Assembly: GCA_051439565.1 (NCBI GenBank) | Contig: JBFRWL010000562.1 | Coordinates: 1-39,952, forward strand | DNA: 39,952 bases | From: Prochloraceae cyanobacterium | GTDB lineage: Bacteria > Cyanobacteriota > Cyanobacteriia > Cyanobacteriales > JBFRWL01 | Direction: 5' to 3' | Shown: positions 25,024 through 33,815 of the stretch, piece after piece | Position numbering within the stretch: the stretch's first letter is position 1 | How the letters are laid out: each line of letters starts with the position of its first letter | The notes under the pieces: generated by a model | Told to the model about the DNA's origin: nothing | The model's database searches: none | The model's input: the letters and a program-made list of their open reading frames with translations, nothing else | Position numbers and translations under genes: made by a program

Positions 25024-25065
25024 CTTCTGACCCCTAACCCCTAACCTCTGACCCCTGACTCCTAA
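25024..25065. repeat. STRR-like heptamer array (CCCCTRA, 6 units).
   Basis: The array reads cttctga cccctaa cccctaa cctctga cccctga ctcctaa. It lies between the two genes of the two-component pair. Confidence 0.85.
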
Positions 25066-25087
25066 AAACTAGGTTGGATTTATTAAG

Positions 25088-26494
25088 ATGGCAAAACTTT
25101 GTGTAGAAGACCTGATAAAACTAGAGCTGTTTCAAACCCTTCCTTCTAGTCGCCTCAATTGGGTTTGCGATCGCGCCAAAGAAATTAACTTAGCCTCCGG
25201 AGAAATTCTGGTTCAGGAAGGAGATTTAACACCAGGTTTCTTTGTCGTTATCTCCGGTCGCATTGGCATTACTCGTTGGAGTGAAGGAGTGGAAATGCCG
25301 ATCGGGGAACATGACGCCCCTACCTTTTTTGGCGAAATTACCATCTTCACCGACGAACCCATACAAGTTACTTTGCGAGCCCTAACTGAGTGTCGCATTT
25401 ATGAAATATCTGGAGATGACTTCCGCGAGTTACTTCACGAATGTCGAGATTTCGAGCGCCAGATCTTTCGAAGCTTGCAAAGCAGAATCAGAGGGTTAGA
25501 GTCTTTCCTGCGCAGTCGCGAAAAAATGGCAGCTTTGGGTACTTTATCAGCAGGTTTAGCCCACGAACTCAATAATCCGGCTGCAGCTTTAGTACGAGCT
25601 TTAAAAGATGCGATTCCCGCAATGCGCGAACTAGAACAGATGAATTTGAGTTACGCTAAGCTTAACGTAGAAGAAGAACATACCCAACAATGGTTTCAAG
25701 CACGAGAAGCTGGCTATGAAGCGATCGTCGAGCGCCGTATCGATCTGACAACCTTGAGCGATCGAGAAGAGGAACTGCTCGAATGGTTAGAAGATTATGG
25801 AGTAGAAAATGCCTGGAATCTCGCCGAACCTTTAGCTGCGGCTGGGATTGAAATAGAAACTCTCGAACGGCTAACCGAACGCTGGCGAGAAGATCCCACG
25901 CAAATGCGAGATCAAGGACTGCGCTGGCTATCTCTTTCTTTTGAGGTCATGTCTACCATTGAAAGCGGCTTGCGAGGTGCCCAACGCATTTGCGAACTGG
26001 TACAGTCGATGAAGTCTTATTCTCATCTCGATCGAGGCGCTGGACAAATAGTTGATGTCCGCGAAGGTCTAGAGGATACTCTGAGACTGTTTTCCTATAA
26101 ACTCAAGCAAGGAATTGAACTGCGTCGCTCTTATGCCCAGAACTTGCCTAAAATTTCTGCTTATGGCAGCGAACTGAATCAAGTATGGACTAACTTAATT
26201 GATAATGCCATTGACGCAATGGCAGGAAAAGGCATTCTCGACATAACAACCTCGGTTAATGGCAACTACGTCAGGGTTGAAATTACCGACTCCGGTGCGG
26301 GTATTCCGGTAGAAATTCAATCGCGTATATTTGAACCTTTCTTTACTACTAAAGGTGTAGGTCAAGGTTCAGGACTGGGTTTAGATGCAGTTAGACGAAT
26401 TGTAGAAAATCGCCATCAAGGAAAGATTTCTTTTGAATCTCAACCTGGAAAAACTACTTTTACAGTTTACTTACCCGTTTCTCCTGGGGAATAA
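25088..26494 (+). CDS. Cyclic-nucleotide-binding-domain histidine kinase (CNB, HisKA-like, HATPase_c).
   Basis: The 468-aa ORF has an N-terminal CNB fold (GEILVQEGD...FFGEITIF...RALTE). It also has the H-box GLAHELNNPAAAL (H159), the N-box NLIDNAIDA (~N373) and the G-box GQGSGLGL. Confidence 0.85.
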   Translation: MAKLCVEDLIKLELFQTLPSSRLNWVCDRAKEINLASGEILVQEGDLTPGFFVVISGRIGITRWSEGVEMPIGEHDAPTFFGEITIFTDEPIQVTLRALTECRIYEISGDDFRELLHECRDFERQIFRSLQSRIRGLESFLRSREKMAALGTLSAGLAHELNNPAAALVRALKDAIPAMRELEQMNLSYAKLNVEEEHTQQWFQAREAGYEAIVERRIDLTTLSDREEELLEWLEDYGVENAWNLAEPLAAAGIEIETLERLTERWREDPTQMRDQGLRWLSLSFEVMSTIESGLRGAQRICELVQSMKSYSHLDRGAGQIVDVREGLEDTLRLFSYKLKQGIELRRSYAQNLPKISAYGSELNQVWTNLIDNAIDAMAGKGILDITTSVNGNYVRVEITDSGAGIPVEIQSRIFEPFFTTKGVGQGSGLGLDAVRRIVENRHQGKISFESQPGKTTFTVYLPVSPGE

Positions 26495-26622
26495 GTAGGT
26501 CGGTCAAATTAATTAGAAAATGATTGAGAGAGAGGTCAGAATTTAGAATTCAGAGGTAAAAACAAATAGCTAACAGCTAACTCCTGATTTCGGTTTTATA
26601 TTTATTTATGACCACCTACTTA
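26492..26622. mobile_element. MITE-like element A, copy 2 (131 bp).
   Basis: It is about 93% identical to 6707-6823 and carries a 14-bp internal duplication (atttagaattcaga). Its first three bases are the TAA stop of the kinase gene. The ATG of ORF 26608..26823 lies inside its right end. Confidence 0.75.
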
Positions 26623-26823
26623 ATATGGAATTCGGCTTATTTACCGCTGCTGAATTTTACCAAACATAAAGATGGCGTCAATAGCGTCGCCTTTAGTCCT
26701 GACGGTAAAACCCTAGCTACTGCTAGTAGGGACAAGACGGTGATTTTAGCCAATTTCGCTATCGACGATCTACTAGTGCGAGGTTGCAAGCGGGTGGAGA
26801 ATTATCCTCAAGCCGAAAAATAA
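26623..26823 (+). pseudogene. Relic of the last blade and C-terminal tail of a WD40-repeat protein gene.
   Basis: The ORF 26608..26823 translates to ...[29 protein letters not shown]...[14 protein letters not shown]. That is a single WD40 unit plus the tail typical of cyanobacterial WD40 proteins. Everything upstream is replaced by the MITE. Confidence 0.6.
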
Positions 26824-26855
26824 CTAATAGACAAGGGAAATACTACGGTTTATCC

Positions 26856-27248
26856 CTATTTTGTTCCGTTTTGTTGCTCACTCCAATCTGGTCTGAGATT
26901 TTTCGCTTGGCGCAGATAGAGATGATTGAGCTTTAAGTTAGGGTTGCTATTGAGGTGGATTAAAATCCGAATGCAGCGTTCTAGGCTGTTTTGAACGTGC
27001 ATTTGTTGAACATCCAACAAGGGAACGTGATTCCAGCGAGGACGTTTCCTAGCGATCGCGGCAGGAAAAATAGCATCTAGATCGCGAGTAGTGGTAAATA
27101 TTACACTAATAATCTCTTCGGTATCGAGCTGATTGTGCTTTTCTAGTTGGTCGAGCAGTTCTGTTACTGCTTCTCGAATTGCTTCCTCTGTATTTTCTGA
27201 AGCAGTTGTCGCACCACGAATTGCTCGCACTTTATACATCAGATGCAA
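26856..27248 (-). CDS. aroH: Chorismate mutase, AroH class.
   Basis: The ORF has MYKVRAIRGATT...NT.EAIREAV.ELL...IISVIFTTTRDLDAIFPA...VPLL..Q.M.V..SL.RCIRILIH, which matches the monofunctional AroH pattern. The true start may be the ATG at 27239. Confidence 0.8.
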   Translation of the reverse strand: MHLMYKVRAIRGATTASENTEEAIREAVTELLDQLEKHNQLDTEEIISVIFTTTRDLDAIFPAAIARKRPRWNHVPLLDVQQMHVQNSLERCIRILIHLNSNPNLKLNHLYLRQAKNLRPDWSEQQNGTK

Positions 27249-27453
27249 TTTCCTCCACCAATCAATGTTAGATTTTACCAGTATCGAGTTCTGAACTTAG
27301 CTCAGAACTACTATACCTCCTCAGTTGACACGTCACCCTAAAGTGCGATCGCATTAGGTGATTTCTCTAAAAGACTGTACCAGAAAGCCCCCTGACCCTC
27401 AATTGTGGGCTCTGTACACACAAGTAGAGAATAAAGCAAAATACTCTGTATTT

Positions 27454-27491
27454 GCCCCCCTAGCCCCCCAATATTGGGGGATTTAGGGGGC
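27454..27491. repeat. Imperfect palindrome built of C5-6/G5 runs, with a partial third arm at 27544-27560.
   Basis: The palindrome reads GCCCCCCTAGCCCCCC-AATATT-GGGGGATTTAGGGGGC. GGGGGGATTTAGGGAGC recurs 53 bp downstream. Confidence 0.7.
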
Positions 27492-27653
27492 TCATTAGTC
27501 TCAACTGCAAACCAGAGGACTTCTATGTACACGGTAGTCTAATGGGGGGATTTAGGGAGCTTAGATAGGTGGTATCTTTTTTGTGAGAAAACCCTTTACA
27601 TCCTACCCCTAAAGGTAATGGGCTTTGTGCGAAGATTAGTGTAATCTTTACTT

Positions 27654-28475
27654 CTAAGGTCGATATAACCACAATGGCTGACCATTAGTAGCCAGCTCAA
27701 ATTCTAACCAATCTATTGCCACTCCTATCCCCGATCGAGCTTGATTTCTTCCTGGTAAAATTCGATTAATTAAAGATTTTGGCTCTTCGATCGTTTGACA
27801 TTCGGTTTTATCTGGATCGAGTCCTACCAGTTCTGCTACCCAACGACGGGCCTCTTCTTCTGTACCTAGGCGATCGACAATTCCTAATTCCAAAGCTTGC
27901 TCGCCTGTAAAAATACGACCGTCAGCAAAACTTTTCACCTTTTCTACCGCTAATTTGCGTGCGTCTGCTACAGTTTGTACGAATTGTTGATAGCTAGTAT
28001 CTATCAGTTCCTGAAGAATATTTTCTTCCTCTTGGGTTAACTCGCGATCGAATGCCAGAATATCTTTATATGGACCAGATTTAATCGTTTTGAAGGAAAC
28101 ACCGATTTTATCTAGCAGGCGCTCTAAATTATTACCCCGCAAAATTACGCCAATACTACCAGTAATGGTGCCGGGGTTAGCGACAATGTGTTCTGCTCCC
28201 ATACCGATGTATACACCCCCAGAAGCAGAGATATTGCCAAAACTAGCCACAATTTTGACTTTTTCTCTCAGTTTTTTGAGCGCATAATAGATTTCTTGAG
28301 AGTCTCCTACTGTACCGCCAGGAGAGTCAATCCGCAAGAGTAGGGCAGGAAATCGCTTCTGTTTCACGGTTTCCAGGGCTTTGAGAACTCGGTGGCGTGT
28401 TTCAGAGACGATCGCGCCAGTGATTTCTATACGAGCAATTTGCTTAGTAGTTTTCGGTTTAAATGGCCATATCAT
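27654..28475 (-). CDS. sppA: Signal peptide peptidase SppA, 36K type.
   Basis: The 273-aa ORF has the ClpP/crotonase-like fold signature LRIDSPGG, the serine motif NISASGGVY and the conserved KSGPYKD lysine region. Confidence 0.85.
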   Translation of the reverse strand: MIWPFKPKTTKQIARIEITGAIVSETRHRVLKALETVKQKRFPALLLRIDSPGGTVGDSQEIYYALKKLREKVKIVASFGNISASGGVYIGMGAEHIVANPGTITGSIGVILRGNNLERLLDKIGVSFKTIKSGPYKDILAFDRELTQEEENILQELIDTSYQQFVQTVADARKLAVEKVKSFADGRIFTGEQALELGIVDRLGTEEEARRWVAELVGLDPDKTECQTIEEPKSLINRILPGRNQARSGIGVAIDWLEFELATNGQPLWLYRP

Positions 28476-28580
28476 AAGTTCTTAAACACAGTGTTATTAA
28501 AATAAGGCAGAAGGAGTAATAAGGGAAGAAGCACTAAAGGCATGTGTTTCTTCTGCCGCAGGGGACTAAAAGTGCAAGTT

Positions 28581-28688
28581 ATACCAATTTCAAAAAATAT
28601 CGCTACACATTAATTATCTAAATCTGTTGCTTCCTGTTCCCTGTTTCCTTTCCTAACGAAGTTTAGTAATCTTAAACGAAATTGGTAT
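28581..28688. mobile_element. MITE-like element B, copy 2 (108 bp).
   Basis: It has perfect 11-bp terminal inverted repeats, ATACCAATTTC and GAAATTGGTAT. It is about 85% identical to 6822-6912 with one internal indel. TA is present at both ends. Confidence 0.7.
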
Positions 28689-28869
28689 TAAATGCAAATT
28701 AGCATTAATAGAAAATAGTTTATAAACCTAGCCTTCCATTATAACAACAATGTCTATATTTGTCAATTCTCTTGTTCTTTTCGAGGAATTGCTATTAACA
28801 AAAATACATAATTGATTACAATTAGGGAAATTAATTATATTTATTGCAACTTTCTCAAGCTCAACTGTC

Positions 28870-29991
28870 ATGGAATTTAACCTGAAAAGAGCCAGTTTTT
28901 CTATTTTACCAGTGCTACTGATTGCGCCTTTTTTCCTTTGGGGGACAGCAATGGTAGCGATGAAAGGAGTTATTCCCCAAACCACTCCTTTATTTATGGC
29001 TGGGGTGCGTTTGCTACCCGCAGGATTATTAGTTTTGTTAGCAGCAGCGATCTTAGGGCGTTCTCAACCCCAAGGTTGGGCTGCATGGCTGTGGATTAGC
29101 TTTTTTGCCCTAGTAGATGGGGTAATGTTTCAAGGATTTCTGGCTGAGGGATTGATGAGAACTGATGCCGGTTTGGGATCGGCGATTATAGACTCTCAAC
29201 CCCTAGCAGTAGCATTGTTATCTAGCTGGCTGTTTGGAGAAGTAATCGGTTTTTGGGGTTGGCTGGGATTAGGAATAGGTATTGCAGGTATTAGCTTAAT
29301 TAGCTTGCCTGAAGATTGGATATTCAATCTACTTCAAGCTAAAGGGAGCGCCATTTCCTTTAGCTGGGAGCATTTACTCAACAGTGGCGAGTGGCTGATG
29401 CTGTTAGCTTCTCTCTCGATGGCAGTAGGAACTGTTAGCATTCGCTTTGTCAGTCGCCATGTCGATCCAATAGTAGCCACAGCTTGGCACATGATTTTAG
29501 GCGGATTAGTTTTATTCGGCTGTTCGGGAATGTGGGAATCGCAACAGTGGATCAATATTGAACTCAATAGCTGGATAGCACTAGGATATGCCACCGTTTT
29601 TGGCAGCGCGATCGCCTATGGTTTATTTTTTTACTTAGCTTCTAAAGGAAATCTCACCAGTCTCAGTTCTCTGACTTTTCTCACTCCCGTGTTTGCCTTA
29701 ATATTTGGCAGCCTATTTCTTTCGGAATTTCTCACTCCTTTGCAATGGTCGGGAGTTTGCCTCACTTTAATCAGTATCTATCTAATTAACCAACGCCATA
29801 AGCTAACTGAGCAATTAGCTTTTTTGGGCTTGAAAAACAATTGGAGACAAACTCTCTATAGTGCTACTTCTAATCTCAAATTAGCTGATAACAACACCAA
29901 GACTAGCACTATCTCATCCTGGAACTTCTCCAAGCCACCTGTCGGGGAAAAGATCCCGGTCAAAGTCCCTCAACGAGAAACTGAAAGCTAG
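28870..29991 (+). CDS. DMT-superfamily (EamA-type) transporter with a ~70-aa hydrophilic C-terminal tail.
   Basis: The 373-aa ORF has about 10 predicted TM helices arranged as two EamA-like halves. Confidence 0.75.
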   Translation: MEFNLKRASFSILPVLLIAPFFLWGTAMVAMKGVIPQTTPLFMAGVRLLPAGLLVLLAAAILGRSQPQGWAAWLWISFFALVDGVMFQGFLAEGLMRTDAGLGSAIIDSQPLAVALLSSWLFGEVIGFWGWLGLGIGIAGISLISLPEDWIFNLLQAKGSAISFSWEHLLNSGEWLMLLASLSMAVGTVSIRFVSRHVDPIVATAWHMILGGLVLFGCSGMWESQQWINIELNSWIALGYATVFGSAIAYGLFFYLASKGNLTSLSSLTFLTPVFALIFGSLFLSEFLTPLQWSGVCLTLISIYLINQRHKLTEQLAFLGLKNNWRQTLYSATSNLKLADNNTKTSTISSWNFSKPPVGEKIPVKVPQRETES

Positions 29992-30276
29992 CTTAAATTA
30001 ACTTGGTTTTTGGTGTGTGGCTTGGTTATTGCAATTCTAAATGAAGGGAAAAGGACGATTTAAGCTAGTGTTTCACAACTGCAATAGGAATATCGACTTG
30101 ATTAATTTTCCTTTTTAGTCGAAAAACTTGCTTTTAAGTGTGTAGCATAAGTTTGAGTGTGTCTATGTAGCCAATGGAGAGATAGAGTAGGGTATACCGA
30201 TCAACTAACAGTAAAAAGATATTTACTTCAATTAATTATACTGGCTGCATCTTCAAAATATAAAATATGCAAATTT

Positions 30277-31533
30277 ATGGTTTCTTATATTTTTTGTATA
30301 CTTCTAGCTACTTCCCTTACCTGTTTTGGCTTTGCAGTCGATCGCACTCGCAATTCCGGATTAGAATTGACGCTGTCCCATTTGCCGAGAACCTTCTCTC
30401 TTACTGATAAATTAGCCCAGACTGGTGCTGTCTTGATACAAGAAAAGACTCTTCTCCCAGCACAAAGTTCCCCTGGTGAGCAAAATATAAGTAAAGTTTA
30501 CCAAGCAAGCCAGCAAATAGACAATTCAAGATTTTGGCAGTATCTTTGGCAAAAACTAGCTCTAGATTTTAGCAATAGATCTCTGGCAAAAGTATTTTTG
30601 ACAACAGGTAGAGAATACTCATCAATTAACAGGCAACAGAATAGACAAGAAACTTTTTCCCGTTCCCCATATCTTCCCACCTTCCGCAAGAAGTCTTACG
30701 CTTCTGTATCGAGCAAACCAAATCGCGAGCTAAAAATACAACAAGCCAGTCTATTATCGCTGCTGCCCTTACTCATCTTGGCTATAACATTGGGGCTAAT
30801 CATAGGATTATTTGTGTTCTGGATTTTTCGCAGGATTTCGCCAGAGGACAAAGAGCTGTATTTATTTGAAGTTGAACCAGAAGATGATAAACAGCTAGAA
30901 CTAACTTATACTGAGAATTCCTCTCCTAAATACAGCAATTTACCTAAAAATCAGGATAGGAATCAAGCCAGAAATTTGTCAGAGAGCGAGAGAGACAGCT
31001 TGGTTAAAAATCACTTAAAAACTGAGATCGAAAAACCTTTACCAATTCAACCAACCACTCGTTTACCTAAACTGGATATTGTTAGCGAATTAATTAAAGA
31101 TTTATACCAATCAGATTCTACTAAAAGGCGCAAGGTGATTTGGGAATTAGCTCAGCGAGCTGACTCTAGAGCGATCGAGCCTCTAGTCCAACTAATGATT
31201 GATACAGATTCTCAAGAGCGTAGCCTCATTTTAGCAGCAATTTCAGAAATTACTACTCGCATCCTCAGACCAATGAATCAGGCATTTGCCATTTCTTTAG
31301 AAGATCAAAACCCTCAGGTGCGTAAAAATGCCATCCGAGACATAACCAAAGTTTACGAACTAATGTCTGAAATTACCCAGCGCCTGTCTTATCTCGCAGA
31401 AGATGAAGATGTGGAAGTGCAGGAAACAGTACAGTGGGCCCTCAAACAGTTAAATCAATCATACGCCTGGAATCAGTTGTCTCAAGAACAAAATTTACTC
31501 AATTCTAGGGATAATACTGATGAGGACAGATAA
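30277..31533 (+). CDS. Membrane-anchored HEAT-repeat (PBS-lyase-type) protein, function unknown.
   Basis: The ORF track starts at GTG 30157. The ATG at 30277 (MVSYIFCILLATSLTCFGFA) gives a signal-peptide-like start. The protein has a central TM segment (LLSLLPLLILAITLGLIIGLFVFWIF) and C-terminal HEAT-like repeats (RRKVIWELAQRADSRAIEPLVQLM, NPQVRKNAIRDI, DVEVQETVQWALKQL). Confidence 0.6.
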   Translation: MVSYIFCILLATSLTCFGFAVDRTRNSGLELTLSHLPRTFSLTDKLAQTGAVLIQEKTLLPAQSSPGEQNISKVYQASQQIDNSRFWQYLWQKLALDFSNRSLAKVFLTTGREYSSINRQQNRQETFSRSPYLPTFRKKSYASVSSKPNRELKIQQASLLSLLPLLILAITLGLIIGLFVFWIFRRISPEDKELYLFEVEPEDDKQLELTYTENSSPKYSNLPKNQDRNQARNLSESERDSLVKNHLKTEIEKPLPIQPTTRLPKLDIVSELIKDLYQSDSTKRRKVIWELAQRADSRAIEPLVQLMIDTDSQERSLILAAISEITTRILRPMNQAFAISLEDQNPQVRKNAIRDITKVYELMSEITQRLSYLAEDEDVEVQETVQWALKQLNQSYAWNQLSQEQNLLNSRDNTDEDR

Positions 31534-31551
31534 GCTAAAAACCAATAGATA

Positions 31552-32616
31552 ATGACAAAGCTCAAGTTATTGCTACTTTCCACCCCCGTTGGACCTCTCG
31601 GTTCTGGACAAGGCGGGGGTGTAGAATTGACGGTGCAGAATATTGCTATGGAAATGAAGCGGCGAGGACACTTAGTAAAAGTCGTTGCTCCCGCAACTTC
31701 AGTACTCAAAGAAGTTTTAGTAGAAGAAATTCCTGGAAACTTACAAGTTGCAGTTCAAACCCAAGAAAGAGATACGCCTATTTGTTTGCCAGAAAATTCG
31801 GTGTTGGCAAATATGTGCGAATACGCTCGTACTGTCCAATTTGAATACGATCTGATTGTCAATTTTGCTTTTGATTGGTTGCCTTTTTACCTAACATCTT
31901 TTTTTAAACTGCCTATTGCTCATTTGATTAGTATGGGTTCGATGACCGAGGCATTAGATCTGATTATGGAGCAAGTGGCGGTTCGTTTTCCAGGTACGAT
32001 TGGAGTTTATACTAAGTCCCAAGCAGCAACTTTTCCTTTTGCTGACTCTTGTCGTATTTTAGGGAGCGCGATCGATCTATCTTTATATCAATTTTGCCAG
32101 CAACCGGAAGAAACTCTAGCTTGGTTGGGAAGAATTGCTCCGGAAAAGGCGTTAGAAGATGCGGTGGAAGCAGCTCAAATTACTGGGATTCCCTTAAGAA
32201 TTTTTGGCAAAATCCAAGATCGGGATTACTGGGAAAAAATATGCAGAGATTTCCCAGACGCGCCTATTGAGTACGGTGGTTTCTTATCGACGATAGAATT
32301 ACAAAAAGAACTGCGCCAGTGTCGAGCGTTGTTAATGACACCTCGCTGGGTGGAAGCTTTTGGTAATGTAGCCATAGAAGCTCTTGCTTGCGGGGTACCA
32401 GTGATTGCCTATCGTCGCGGAGGACCAGCAGAAATAGTTAAAGATGGCAAAACAGGGTTTTTAGTAGAACCAGATAGCGTGACGGGTTTGGTTGAGGCAA
32501 TTAGTCGTTTGGATCGCCTCGATCGCCTTGTTTGTCGTCAACAAGCTGAGGCGGAATATTCTTTGGCAGCTTTAGGCGATCGCTTTGAAACTTGGTTTAG
32601 AGAAATAATCGCTTAA
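31552..32616 (+). CDS. GT-B fold family-4 glycosyltransferase, possibly of the cyanobacterial pteridine glycosyltransferase (BGluT-like) type.
   Basis: The 354-aa ORF has an N-terminal glycine loop (STPVGPLGSGQGGGVELT) and a C-terminal E-x7-E motif (EAFGNVAIEALACGVPVIA). The BGluT-like assignment is from memory of that family's size and N-terminus and is not verified. Confidence 0.7.
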   Translation: MTKLKLLLLSTPVGPLGSGQGGGVELTVQNIAMEMKRRGHLVKVVAPATSVLKEVLVEEIPGNLQVAVQTQERDTPICLPENSVLANMCEYARTVQFEYDLIVNFAFDWLPFYLTSFFKLPIAHLISMGSMTEALDLIMEQVAVRFPGTIGVYTKSQAATFPFADSCRILGSAIDLSLYQFCQQPEETLAWLGRIAPEKALEDAVEAAQITGIPLRIFGKIQDRDYWEKICRDFPDAPIEYGGFLSTIELQKELRQCRALLMTPRWVEAFGNVAIEALACGVPVIAYRRGGPAEIVKDGKTGFLVEPDSVTGLVEAISRLDRLDRLVCRQQAEAEYSLAALGDRFETWFREIIA

Positions 32617-32721
32617 ACTTATATTTTGCACATATTTAAATAACCTATGTCTTCTCCTAGACGGAAGAACTTTCCAAGGTTAATTTAAAAATGACTTCAC
32701 ATTCCAACTCTAATTAATTAC

Positions 32722-33699
32722 ATGAGAATTTTAGTCACCGGTGGTGCTGGTTTTATTGGTTCCCATCTAATCGATCGCTTAATGACGGCAGGTAATGAAG
32801 TAATATGTCTGGATAATTTTTATAGCGGTCACAAACGTAACATTCTACATTGGCTCAATCACCCCTATTTTGAACTAATCCGGCACGACATTACCGAACC
32901 TATTCGTTTAGAAGTAGATCAAATTTACCATCTTGCTTGTCCTGCTTCTCCGGTTCACTACCAGTACAACCCGATCAAAACCGTTAAAACCAATGTCGTT
33001 GGCACCTTGAATATGCTGGGTTTAGCCAAGCGAGTTAAGGCAAGATTTTTGCTCGCTTCTACCTCTGAAATTTACGGCGATCCGGAAGTGCATCCACAGT
33101 CGGAAGACTATCGCGGTAATGTTAATTGTATCGGGATTCGCAGTTGTTACGACGAAGGCAAACGAGTAGCTGAAACCCTATCATTTGACTATCATCGAGA
33201 GAATCACGTTGACATTCGAGTTGCCCGCATCTTTAATACCTATGGCCCTAGGATGTTAGAAAATGACGGTCGCGTTGTCAGCAACTTTGTCAGCCAAGCT
33301 TTACAGGGTAAGGCTTTAACTGTCTATGGCAACGGTTCTCAAACTCGCAGTTTCTGTTACGCTTCCGACCTAGTAGAAGGTCTGATGCGACTGATGAATA
33401 GCGATTATGTCGGTCCTGTTAATTTAGGTAATCCAGATGAATATACAATTCTAGAATTGGCAAAAACAATTTCTCATATGGTCAATCCCGATCTAGAACT
33501 AGTATTTAAACCTCTACCCGAAGACGACCCTAAAAGGCGACAACCAGACATTACTAGGGCAAAAACTTGGCTGGGTTGGGAACCAACTATTGCTCTGACA
33601 GAAGGTTTAAAGCTAACAATAGAAGATTTCCAGAAACGCAGAGAAAGGAACGGAAATCTCCAATCTCAAGTCAGTAATTGGGAAATGGGAAAACTATAA
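32722..33699 (+). CDS. uxs: UDP-glucuronate decarboxylase (UDP-xylose synthase).
   Basis: The 325-aa ORF has [10 protein letters not shown], the [15 protein letters not shown] (YxxxK) and IFNTYGPRM signatures, and DGRVVSNF. This is the typical UXS-type SDR pattern. Confidence 0.9.
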   Translation: MRILVTGGAGFIGSHLIDRLMTAGNEVICLDNFYSGHKRNILHWLNHPYFELIRHDITEPIRLEVDQIYHLACPASPVHYQYNPIKTVKTNVVGTLNMLGLAKRVKARFLLASTSEIYGDPEVHPQSEDYRGNVNCIGIRSCYDEGKRVAETLSFDYHRENHVDIRVARIFNTYGPRMLENDGRVVSNFVSQALQGKALTVYGNGSQTRSFCYASDLVEGLMRLMNSDYVGPVNLGNPDEYTILELAKTISHMVNPDLELVFKPLPEDDPKRRQPDITRAKTWLGWEPTIALTEGLKLTIEDFQKRRERNGNLQSQVSNWEMGKL

Positions 33700-33815
33700 C
33701 TAATAGGCTAATAGGTTAAGTACCTAGGCAAGATAGTTTACACATTTTTCTTCTCTGTTGCCTATCTCCACTAGGTAATTTATTTTGCACATCTACTTAA
33801 AAGAGGGTTATATTT

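Noticed and set aside
25024-25065. Heptamer and octamer arrays (also 14266-14377, 35235-35262, 39791-39944) as CRISPR arrays.
   Set aside because: The units are only 7-9 bp and directly abutting, with no spacers. No cas genes are present. They are simple tandem repeats.
27338-27532. 64-aa ORF in the aroH-sppA spacer.
   Set aside because: It spans the C5/G5 palindromic repeat, and its peptide (PPKSPNIGGLGG) is dictated by the repeat. There is no start context or domain signal.
30157-30276. GTG-initiated 40-codon extension of the HEAT-repeat protein.
   Set aside because: The extension is Cys- and Lys-rich and unlike a signal sequence. The internal ATG at 30277 starts a plausible signal or anchor peptide.
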